64,000 bases of DNA from a bacterium. GTDB lineage: Bacteria > Zhuqueibacterota > Zhuqueibacteria > Zhuqueibacterales > Zhuqueibacteraceae. The stretch's first letter is position 1; each line of letters starts with the position of its first letter. Below are positions 1 to 9,300 of this stretch, piece by piece. The notes beneath the pieces are model-generated. The model saw only the letters and a program-made list of their open reading frames with translations, did not search any database and was not told the origin of the DNA. The stretch is taken from the NCBI GenBank assembly GCA_044869275.1, contig JBIOXB010000014.1, positions 27,264 to 91,263 of the forward strand. The letters run 5' to 3'. The position numbers were made by a program, and so were the translations under genes.

Positions 1-169
1 CGCAATATAAAGGAATGGTCACCAAAAGTCAACACTGAATTAAGGTAAAAATGGCTTTGCGCACTAACAGAAAGAATACCCACCGACGGGCGGAATTGCG
101 CAACGCCCGGGGGTTAAGTTTTCCCAAAAGCGCTCTTCCAGGAAACTGGCGCCCGAGCTGGCCGAATGG

Positions 170-3100
170 CTACGCCGTGACGGCGCGCTTCATCATCATG
201 CGGCCGGCCAGCTCGATTTTCCGGCGAATATCGTCGCGGCTGGAGTCGATTTCCAGCACGCGCTGCCATTCTTTCATGGCCTCCATATATTCCCCACGAT
301 TGGCGTAAATGACCCCGATGTTCTCGTAGGCGGTGGTGTCGGAGGCGTCCAATTGTTTGACGCGCTGGTAGGCGCGCGCCGCCTCCTCGTACATGCGGTT
401 GCGAAAATAGGCATTTCCCAAAATGCTATGCGCCTCCTTGAAATTGGGAAACAGCACGATGGCGCGCTCGAATTCGCGGATCGCTTCTTCAAACTGCTGC
501 GCCCGGTAAAATCGCAAGCCCGCGATCAGCAATTGTTCGCGCTCGTCTTCGCTCGGTTCCGTGTGTCCCTGCTCTTTCGGTGGCAAAATCATGGCGGTGG
601 TGTGCAGGCTTTGCGGCACGTCTGTGGTTGCTTCCTTGCCGTTGCCATTGAAATCGGGCGATCCGGCTGCCGGTCGCGCCAATTCCTCGCCGGCAAACGT
701 TTCGCCCACCGCGGCCGCGGCCGTCAAATCCGGATCCTCTTCCAGCGGAACCGCAAGATTCTCAGTTCCCGCGTAGGTCATGAGTTCATCCAACTCCACA
801 AAAGGCAATCCCACCTCGCCCTCGTGTTGTCTGCGATCTTCCGGAGCTCCCTCGGCCTCCTCCGCTGTTTTGGAATCGGCGCCGGTCAAGTGCTCGCGCT
901 CCAAGGTCTGATCCTCCCGCACCGGCAGCGCCTCGCCGGGGAGTGCACCGCTAAAAGAAAAATCGATTTCGCGGCGCAACAAATCATCCACCGCCGAAAA
1001 ATCCTCGTCGCTTTTATGCCGCTCTTCGCCGCCCTGAAAAACTGAGAGCGCGCTCCCTTCTTCCTTTTGCAGTTCTGCAATCGACGCTGATGCCGGCGGC
1101 GAAGATTCGGCTGCGGGTGTTTCCGGATTCGCACTGGGGCGCTGCCCGTGAAACTCTTCCAACATCGTTCCCCCCGCAAACAAGTCTTCAAAACTGATCC
1201 CCACGGTATCCGTGTGAGAGACCGGGCGCACGACAGGTGGATTGCCGGCGCTGCGAATCTTCTCTTTGTCCAAAACTCGGGACGGCCCTTGCTCACGTGG
1301 CGGCGGGGACGCCGGTGTGTCAGGTGGAAGGGCTTCCTCACTTGCCAGCAATTCCTCGATCGGCGTAAACAGAGAAACGGTTTCAACCTCCGGCGTCGTT
1401 TCTTTCTTTTTGTGAACGACACGCGCTTCCGGAGCCTCACGCGCCGCCGGTGGCGCGGGGGGCGCTGCCGGCCTTTCTTTGCTCTCTTTTTTTGCCGGGG
1501 GAATGGCAGGCGGAGCCGGCGGCGGCATGGGCCGCGGCGGTTTTGCCGCGGACTCGAAGGCTCTCGAACGGTCCAAAATGACTTCACCGGACAGCGTGAG
1601 CAAGGGTGTGCCGGGCGGTTTCATCGGGCGCTTGGTGCGGCCACCGCGCGCGACAAAGCCTTCGCGCAATTGCCGGGTGTTCAGCCGGTTGCGCACCAAC
1701 TCGTCGTAGATTTTGTTTTCCGGAATGAGAGTAGAGCCGTAAGCTTCGGTATTGAGCTCTTCACTGATGCGCTTCGCGCCGTATTCGGGATGGTTCTTGA
1801 TGATGTCGAAAATCTTGACTTTGTCCTCGATCGCGATGTGCTTGGCCTCCACCTCGATCTCCGCATCGACCTCGACGCTCTCCACGCCTCTTTCTTCGAA
1901 TTCCTTTTTGTACTTGTTGTAATAAGCGTAGGTCGTGATGCCCACCAACTCGCAGGCTTCGCGGATGCTTTTGCCTCCGACAATGAATTGGTGCGCCTGT
2001 TTCGCGCGCTGCAACTCCACCTTTTCGGGCGAGGTTTTTTCTTTGATGGCAACGAGTGTGATGTCGTCGGATTGCATTTCGCCGGCGGTGAACGAGAGAA
2101 TCTCGTCTTTGATCTTCTCCACAAACGGCTTCACGCGCAGAACGCCGTTCTCGCGGATAATCTTCAGCAGGCGCTCTTCGCCGAACAGGTCGCGCTGCGC
2201 GTTCATCGCTTCGGTAATGCCGTCCGTATAAATGAAAAGAATGTCATCCTCCGCCAGCTGAATGGTGTCGCTTTCGATCGATTTACGGAACAATTCGTCG
2301 TCGGGCAGGCGAATGCCGACGGGAAACCCGCGCGGATTCAGGTAATAAGTCTTCTTCGAGCTCGGGCGATAGAGAATCATGGGGTTGTGGCCGGCGCTGG
2401 CATAATTCAGGCGGCGGCGCTTGCTGTCGATGATGACGTAAAAAAGGGTGACGAACATGCCCCTTTTCATGTCATCGATGACGGTCTTGTTCACGCGCGC
2501 CAGCACTTCCGCGGCGTCTTTCACGCCCCGTGCTTCGGTGCGCAGCGCCTGGCGTATCATGGTCATCACCAAACTGCCGGGTACGCCTTTGCCGGAAACG
2601 TCTGCGACCACCACGCCGAGCGTGTCTTTGTCCACTTCCACGAAATCATAATAATCGCCGCCGACTTCGCGCGCCGCCTCATAATGGCTCGCGAGCTCGT
2701 AGCCGTCCAATTCCGGAAACTCACGCGGCAGCAGGGTTTGCTGAATCTCCTGCGCCACCTGCATTTCCTTTTGCAGGCGCTCCTGGTCGGCCAGGCTTTT
2801 TTGTGATTCGCGGAACTTGCTGGTGATCTCGGAAAACGCCTGGGCGATTTCGCCGATTTCGGTGGAGGAGTCGATGTCCATCTCGTCGCCCATTTCGCCG
2901 TGGTCGGCGAGGCGCACCCATTCGGCCAGGCGATGCAACGGCGTCATCAGGATATAAACCAAAGCGAACGCGCCGACGCAGCCCAACAAAATCACCGAGG
3001 CCGCCACGCGTGCGTATTCCCAGCGCACCGCGGCGATGCGGTCATCCACATAAGCCTTGTAGGCGCGGATGTGCAGCGTGCGCTCTTCCGGCGGATCGCC

Positions 3101-4045
3101 GCGCGTTTGCAGCTTGGTGATCACGTCGTAAACTTCGAAGCGCGTCGTTTGCTCGTCCGGGCCTTTGTGCTCGACTTCATACAACGAGGTATTTTTATCG
3201 ATCTTTTGCTTCTCGGATACGGCGGCGGCAAATTTGCCAAAAAAAAGTTCCTGATTGTTGTGTCCGACGATGTTGCCCAGCGGATCCACCAGCGCGATTT
3301 CGTACAACAATTCCTGGCGGTCCTTGTAAGCGTCGTGCAGCAGCTTGCAAATCTCATTGCCCAAAAAGTCGTTCAACAGGGCAGGATTGTATTCCAGGTT
3401 GCGCGTGACTTCGGCATCGACACTGCGCAAGGAAGTCAGCAATCTATTGAATTCGGTTTCCTTGGCCTCGTAATGAAAATACAAATACCCCACTGCGACG
3501 AGGGCGATCAACGCCAGACACGTACGCACCCAGTATTTCGCTTTGAGCGAGAAGGGGATCGCTTTGACTGCGGACTTGAAGACGGGAATGCCGAAGAAGG
3601 ACTTTTTGGGGCTGACCGTCTCGAAGCTTTTGGTCATGCGCAGCTCATTGCCCTCTTCCGTGCGGCGATAGTCGATCTCGTCCATGAGCTTGCGCATCAT
3701 GAAAATGCCCAAGCCGCCCTTTTTGCCAATTTGCACGTAGCGCTGCAAGTCCGGGTCTTGCACGCGGCGGGGGTCGAAGAACTTGCCTTGATCGATCAGG
3801 CAGATGGTGAGGCTTTGCTTGCGAATCAGCGCGCGAATGGTGATGAAGCCTTCGCCGCCGGCCTCGCGATAAGCGTGGCGCATGAGATTGGTGCTGGCTT
3901 CATCCACGGCCAGCTTGAAAGCATTGACGACCTTGTCGGGGAAGGTATATTTCCTGCCGATGCGCACGACGAAATCGCGCATATCCACCAGGTGATCGGT
4001 GTGGGCAGGAACCTTGAGTTCTTCTTTTATGATTTGTTTGAACAA
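170..4045 (-). CDS. Membrane-bound RsbW-like anti-sigma kinase / HAMP / SpoIIE-type PP2C phosphatase fusion with HTH block, disordered linker and C-terminal TPRs
   Basis: N-terminal HATPase motifs LAVDEASTNLMRHAY, DQGKFFDP and GGLGIFMM. Two TM helices flank a ~150-aa extracytoplasmic region, followed by HAMP (PLHRL...EIGEIAQAF) and PP2C motifs GGDYYD, ADVSGKG, YTDGITEA, DDIT. Then an HTH-like block, a Pro/Glu-rich linker and about 3 TPRs. Start placed at TTG 4045 (GGAG upstream); the ORF track starts at 4069. Confidence 0.88.
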   Translation of the reverse strand: MFKQIIKEELKVPAHTDHLVDMRDFVVRIGRKYTFPDKVVNAFKLAVDEASTNLMRHAYREAGGEGFITIRALIRKQSLTICLIDQGKFFDPRRVQDPDLQRYVQIGKKGGLGIFMMRKLMDEIDYRRTEEGNELRMTKSFETVSPKKSFFGIPVFKSAVKAIPFSLKAKYWVRTCLALIALVAVGYLYFHYEAKETEFNRLLTSLRSVDAEVTRNLEYNPALLNDFLGNEICKLLHDAYKDRQELLYEIALVDPLGNIVGHNNQELFFGKFAAAVSEKQKIDKNTSLYEVEHKGPDEQTTRFEVYDVITKLQTRGDPPEERTLHIRAYKAYVDDRIAAVRWEYARVAASVILLGCVGAFALVYILMTPLHRLAEWVRLADHGEMGDEMDIDSSTEIGEIAQAFSEITSKFRESQKSLADQERLQKEMQVAQEIQQTLLPREFPELDGYELASHYEAAREVGGDYYDFVEVDKDTLGVVVADVSGKGVPGSLVMTMIRQALRTEARGVKDAAEVLARVNKTVIDDMKRGMFVTLFYVIIDSKRRRLNYASAGHNPMILYRPSSKKTYYLNPRGFPVGIRLPDDELFRKSIESDTIQLAEDDILFIYTDGITEAMNAQRDLFGEERLLKIIRENGVLRVKPFVEKIKDEILSFTAGEMQSDDITLVAIKEKTSPEKVELQRAKQAHQFIVGGKSIREACELVGITTYAYYNKYKKEFEERGVESVEVDAEIEVEAKHIAIEDKVKIFDIIKNHPEYGAKRISEELNTEAYGSTLIPENKIYDELVRNRLNTRQLREGFVARGGRTKRPMKPPGTPLLTLSGEVILDRSRAFESAAKPPRPMPPPAPPAIPPAKKESKERPAAPPAPPAAREAPEARVVHKKKETTPEVETVSLFTPIEELLASEEALPPDTPASPPPREQGPSRVLDKEKIRSAGNPPVVRPVSHTDTVGISFEDLFAGGTMLEEFHGQRPSANPETPAAESSPPASASIAELQKEEGSALSVFQGGEERHKSDEDFSAVDDLLRREIDFSFSGALPGEALPVREDQTLEREHLTGADSKTAEEAEGAPEDRRQHEGEVGLPFVELDELMTYAGTENLAVPLEEDPDLTAAAAVGETFAGEELARPAAGSPDFNGNGKEATTDVPQSLHTTAMILPPKEQGHTEPSEDEREQLLIAGLRFYRAQQFEEAIREFERAIVLFPNFKEAHSILGNAYFRNRMYEEAARAYQRVKQLDASDTTAYENIGVIYANRGEYMEAMKEWQRVLEIDSSRDDIRRKIELAGRMMMKRAVTA

Positions 4046-4202
4046 CTCGCTACTCCGCGACCGCGCCAAAGATCGTCAAAAAAGGGCCATCAGCTACGCA
4101 CCGTTCCGGCTCCACGCCCGAGAGGGGGAGGCCGTTTTTCCAATCCCCAGTTTCGCTTGCAACCATGCCCTTCCCGGGGGCGGGACAGCCATCGTACAGC
4201 GG

Positions 4203-4241
4203 AACAAAGTGAAGGCGGTTTTTGGCAACCGCCTTCAAAAA
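4203..4241 (-). terminator. Possible intrinsic terminator or hairpin downstream of the PorV-TPR gene
   Basis: Stem GAAGGCGGTT/AACCGCCTTC followed on the minus strand by ACTTTGTT (weak U-tract). Confidence 0.4.
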
Positions 4242-4322
4242 TCGTCAATTCAAATCAAAGTTGCAAGGAAGGATTTTCGAGGCTGCCATGCCCGCAGGGC
4301 AATTTGGGGGCCTCGTGCCACG

Positions 4323-6329
4323 CTACTTCCGGTTCAGCTTGTCACGTGCTTGATCGATCGCGTCGAGAATGTATTTGTTAAAGCGATCTTCCGTCTGAAT
4401 CTCTTCGAGAATCTTCAGGGCCGCAGCGTAGTTTCCGCCCTGGCTCAAGCGCGCGGCTTCGGTGAAGCGCTGGCGCAATTTTTCCGTGGCGAATTCTTTG
4501 ACTTTCGCGTTTAGGCGCGACTCGGCATCAAAGATGTAACGCTTCGCCAGCGGATTGCCCGGATCCGTCTTCAACACCTCTTGGAAGGAGCTGACCGCCG
4601 AGCGATAATCCCGGCTGTTATAATATTGCACGCCCTGCGTGACCAAATCCTTCACATTCAATTGTGTTTGCAATTTGGCCACCAAGTTGGTGATTTCGTT
4701 TTTCTGGCTGGCGCTCAGACTGCCGTCGCTCAAGGCGCGGTTGTAAAGCTGCACCGCTTCGCTCAACTTGCCCTGTGCCTCCAGGCTGCGCGCGCGCTTG
4801 AGCAAGTCGGTGACTCGACCATCGAGTTCGCGCTGCGTTTCGTTGATCAATTCCTTCAAGCGTGGATTGTTGGGCGCGCGGTTCAAACCGATCTGCCATT
4901 CGCGAATGGCTTCGCGGTAATCGCCGGCGGTGAAATAGTCCATACCGCTTTTGATTTGCGCGGCCACGGCCAAGCTGTCCAATTCGCGTGTCTTTTTGGC
5001 CGCGGCAATCTTTTCCAGTTCTTTTTCCTTCAAGCGTTGCTCTTCCGCGAGCTTCTCTTCGGATTTTCCGGCCCACTTGCGCGCGTCTTCATCGCCGGGG
5101 AAGATGCGGCTGGCCTCGGTATAGCGCAGCTGCGCCTGGAAATATTCACGGCGTTGAAAGTACTCGTTGCCATCTTCCATGGCCTTGGCAAAATCCGCTT
5201 GATTCTGCAAATGCAATTGGCGCTTGACTTGATTTTCGGCGCGATCCTGTTCTTTGCGGCGCTCGGCCTCGATCAGCTCGGTTTTGGTTTTGCCGAGCTG
5301 CATGGTGATGCTGATGCGATGCGGCGCGTTCAGGCCCTCGGTGCCGTTGACATCATTGGAGTAGTTTGCCATGGCGTAGTCAATGGTGAAGTTCTGATAC
5401 GTCACGCCGGCGCCAAAGCTGAACACCTGGCCGTTACTCCCCAGGCGCAGCATGGCGCGGTTTTGATACACATACTCGGCGCCAAATTGCAGGCGGCTGG
5501 GCGTGCCTTCCACGCTGTTTTTGAAATTGAACAGCAGATTCACCACGTCCGCGCCGTCGCCCAGATGCACGGGTTTGGCAAGCGAAGCGCGAAACGTGCG
5601 CGGTGGAATATCGGTTTCCGTGTCCAGACGCAAACGCGGCTCGATCAGATTTTGTATGGCCACACCCAGGGACAAATCCTGCCAAATGCCTTCGCCCAGG
5701 TGTGGGCGGTAAATAAATCCCAAGTCAAACGATACGCCCGTGGCCGCGTCAATATCCGTAAACGTCTGGCGATCATATTTGATCGTCCCCCCCACGGACA
5801 GGGCGAAAGGAAATTCCTTGGCGTATGAAATCAAAAACTGATCCTGGCCGAAAGTGGCAATGCCGGTTTCCTGGCTGGTCAAGTCTCTGCCCTGCACATC
5901 ACCGACGTCCCAATGCAGCCAGGCCACGCCAAAAGTGCCCACGCGCAGGCTCGGATGCGCATAGCCGACATAGTTGTATTTCGCGCCGGCCATCAAGGGC
6001 GCATAGAACAAGGTGACATTCTTGCGCTGCAGCAATTCCAAACCGGCAGCATTCCAAAATATCGTCGTGGCATCGACCGGCATGGCAATCGTAGCGCCGC
6101 CCAATCCAATGGATCGCGCACCCGCGCCCAATGCGAAGATGGATTCCCGGCCGGCAGTTTGCGCCTGCCCGGTATGCGGCAGCAAATGGAGGAAACTGCA
6201 CATCAAGCCAAAGACGATTGCGTGCCAGCCCAGCGCACGGCGTTTGGCTTTGGAATTGCCCCGCGCATCAGCCTTGCCTTGCATTCTTTTCATTTCATCA
6301 CCTGAGGATTGCAATGCTCGTGCTTTCAT
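4323..6329 (-). CDS. PorV/PorQ-family outer-membrane beta-barrel fused to a coiled coil and TPR repeats
   Basis: Signal peptide ending GQA-Q. PorV-like N-terminal motif FALGAGARSIGLGGA..A...DAT.IFWNAAGL, amphipathic beta strands ending HRISITMQLG, then a charged coiled coil and multiple TPRs. The ATG at 6329 overlaps the upstream TAA (TAATG). Confidence 0.8.
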   Translation of the reverse strand: MKARALQSSGDEMKRMQGKADARGNSKAKRRALGWHAIVFGLMCSFLHLLPHTGQAQTAGRESIFALGAGARSIGLGGATIAMPVDATTIFWNAAGLELLQRKNVTLFYAPLMAGAKYNYVGYAHPSLRVGTFGVAWLHWDVGDVQGRDLTSQETGIATFGQDQFLISYAKEFPFALSVGGTIKYDRQTFTDIDAATGVSFDLGFIYRPHLGEGIWQDLSLGVAIQNLIEPRLRLDTETDIPPRTFRASLAKPVHLGDGADVVNLLFNFKNSVEGTPSRLQFGAEYVYQNRAMLRLGSNGQVFSFGAGVTYQNFTIDYAMANYSNDVNGTEGLNAPHRISITMQLGKTKTELIEAERRKEQDRAENQVKRQLHLQNQADFAKAMEDGNEYFQRREYFQAQLRYTEASRIFPGDEDARKWAGKSEEKLAEEQRLKEKELEKIAAAKKTRELDSLAVAAQIKSGMDYFTAGDYREAIREWQIGLNRAPNNPRLKELINETQRELDGRVTDLLKRARSLEAQGKLSEAVQLYNRALSDGSLSASQKNEITNLVAKLQTQLNVKDLVTQGVQYYNSRDYRSAVSSFQEVLKTDPGNPLAKRYIFDAESRLNAKVKEFATEKLRQRFTEAARLSQGGNYAAALKILEEIQTEDRFNKYILDAIDQARDKLNRK

Positions 6330-9300
6330 TACTTCACCACCGCGACTTTGGTCGTGACCGTGCCAGCGCTGGTCTTCAACACGGCCATATAGACGCCATT
6401 GAAAACCAGATCGCCATTGCCGTTCCTGCCGTCCCATTCGATGAAGCCCTGGCTCACCCCGTTGGTGCGCGCGCCGGCTTTGCCCTGGGGATCGGTCGAT
6501 TTGAAGGACTTGGTATAAACCAATTCTCCCAGCAGGGTAAAGATGCGGAAATCCACCTCGGAGTCCTGCGGCAGGGAGTAGTTGAACGTCGTCCGGCCGT
6601 TGCGCACCGTGGAGAACGGGTTCGGATAATTGTAGAATGAATCTTCGTAATTGGCGCTCGACAGCACCGCGGCCACGGAAGTGATCGTGCCGCCCGCGAG
6701 ATTGACCTGCACCTGCTTTGACGGTGAGTCCGCGTTTTCTGCAATAATATCGTTGCCGCTGCGCACCGTCAGGAAGAAATCATCGGCGGTCGCGGCATTG
6801 GCCACGTCAACCAAAATCGTGGCTTGCTTCGAAGCGCCGCCGAAAACCGTGTCGATGATCGCGAAGTTGAGCGTCAGCGGATTCGTATTCGGAATCTCTG
6901 TCAGTTGCCCGAGCACCTTGTTCGGATCATCGCCGGCCACCACTTGCACGCGCGCGACCGCCGCGTTGGGCGGCAGGTCCTGGTTTTGACTATTGACGAC
7001 GTAAAACTTCAGAGTTTTCATCACGATATTGCTGGAGCCTTCATTGCCTTCGTTGCGCCAATCCAGTGCCAGCACGGGAATGCCCTTCTGCTGGCTGATC
7101 ACCGGTCCGGCTTTAATGCCCTGGCTCGCGCTGATATCGGTCACCGTCAAGATCGTCTCTTCGGTGCGGATGTTCAGAGTCCTTTCCACGACGCTCGCCG
7201 GTGCTTCATCACCCGTGTTCCTGTCGTTGGGATAAGGCTTATTCAACGTCAGCGTGATCACCTCCGCAACCACGGAGGGGGTGTTGCGCGCCGTGACCTG
7301 CCATCTGGCTTGGCTGTTAATCGTGGTTTTGGCCAACGGTTCGGCGGTGGTGTACCCGGCCGGCAAAACCAGGTTGATACTCCCGGCGCCCACGGTATCT
7401 GCCTCGCCTCGATTTTCCAAGATTGCCGTGATTTCGAACGGCTGCCCGATGCTGGCAACATTATCCAATGCTACCGATTGCGGATATGTAATGGAGGCGG
7501 ACAAGAACAAGTCTGCGCTTTCGACGATGTCAACCACCAAATTCGACGAGATGGAGCTCACTTCGCTGCCGCTGTTGGCATCCTTGCCAGTGACGGTGAC
7601 GTAAATCTGTTGCTGCGACAGCCGGTTACGCGGCGCCCGCATCTGCCAAACACGCGAGGTTTCGACGTCCAAGCTGTCAAACCTTTGGATTCTGTCCGCT
7701 TCATTGACAAAACTGAACCCTGCTGGCACAACCAGTTCTGCGCGCAACGTCGTCAGATTGCGCCCTTTAATCAGGGCACGAACTCTGAATTCTTGTTGCG
7801 TGCTCAACGTATTGTCCGCTGCCCCAGCCGGCTCGTAAATATAGAGTTGATCTACAAATAAAGTGCCAACCGAGTCCGTGCGCACGGCTTTGTTGATGAC
7901 AGAATTGTCAATTCCGCGATTCCATACTGCCGGGCCGCCACTATTCTCATCATTCAACCGATTCAGCAATTGCACAGTCAGTATGCTTTCCGGTGTCGGT
8001 ATGGGTGGCGCTTGCGCAATCCATTCCACCACGCCAGAGCTACCACTTGAGATGTAGATTTTCTTCTCCAGGTCGTCTGTGGTAGTAACACCAGTTTCAC
8101 CCAATTGCAGACGAACGGTGGCAGTGTCAACCGCGGCAGCCACACCCTGGTTAGCCAAAGTCGCCCGAATCGTGAACGTCTGATCGACAGTCAATGCGCC
8201 GGTCGTATCCTGGCCCGGCTTGATAAGCTTGACAGAAAAATCAAGCGTGGCTTGCTGGACGGCTTGAACACGCACGGTGTCGCTGTTCGTCACTGGTACA
8301 CCTGTGCCATTCTCGGTGACTCCTTCAGCCTTGATGATAAACGAGCGTGTATCCACCGGTGCACCCGGCACTAGTATCTCCCAGCTTTCTTGCGCGGAGA
8401 AATCAAAAATCGTGGCTGACGAACCGGATCTGAACTCGTATCCAGTGTTGGAGGGCAAAGTCAACGTGATTTTCTTTTGTGCCAAGTCTTTGCTGAAAGC
8501 CAGGGAAGATTCAATCTTGAAAGTCTGGCCGGTGGAGACCACGCCGTCCTTCGCGCCTTCGGGGTCGATAATGACGGATTTACTGATATTCAAATTTGAG
8601 AACACGACGTTCACCAAAGCACTATCGGCGGACTTCGCTACTATCGCGCTTGCGGCACTATTCAGATCCCTGGGCACCGTGGTCATATTCACAGCCAGTG
8701 GGCCTGCGGTAGCGGAATCCGGTGCCTGTAGCCTCCACACCACTCTCTGACCCGGGTTGAATGGCTGTTCCATGCCGGGATCGAGGATGGTGAATCCGCT
8801 GCCTTCCGGCAGGCTGAGGGTGAGGCGGCCGGATTGATCCACCTCGGCAGCATTCGGAAGGTTACTTACTTCGGCGTTCAGCTCAAATATCTGATTCGTG
8901 GTCAGATTATTGAAATCAGCATTGACCTCAAGCGCCAGCTCTGCCGGCAATTGGATGCGGACTTGCGCCGTGGTATCGGCGCCGCGATTGATGTTCGCAC
9001 GGCCGCCGCTGATGGCCGCGGTGGCATCCAGAACTCGCGCGACGAAATTTTCCGGCTGATTGTCCGGAGTTGCCGCGGCGATTACCTCAAATCTGATCTG
9101 GCGCTGTTGTCGTTGCGGCAGAGAAACAATGGTTTGCTGCTGCGCTGGAATGTGCGAGCTGTTGGTGCTGGAAACCAGTTCGACCAGGACGTCTCTCACG
9201 TCTTCCAGACTGCTGTTTTCAACTTCGACTTCGATGGCAAAATTCTGATTGGTATTGACGGAGCCGACGTTCGAGTTTTGGAAGAAATGATTCACGATCG

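Noticed and set aside
4050..4238. 62-aa minus-strand ORF in the intergenic gap
   Set aside because: No RBS or recognisable motif, and it begins inside the hairpin; probably spurious.
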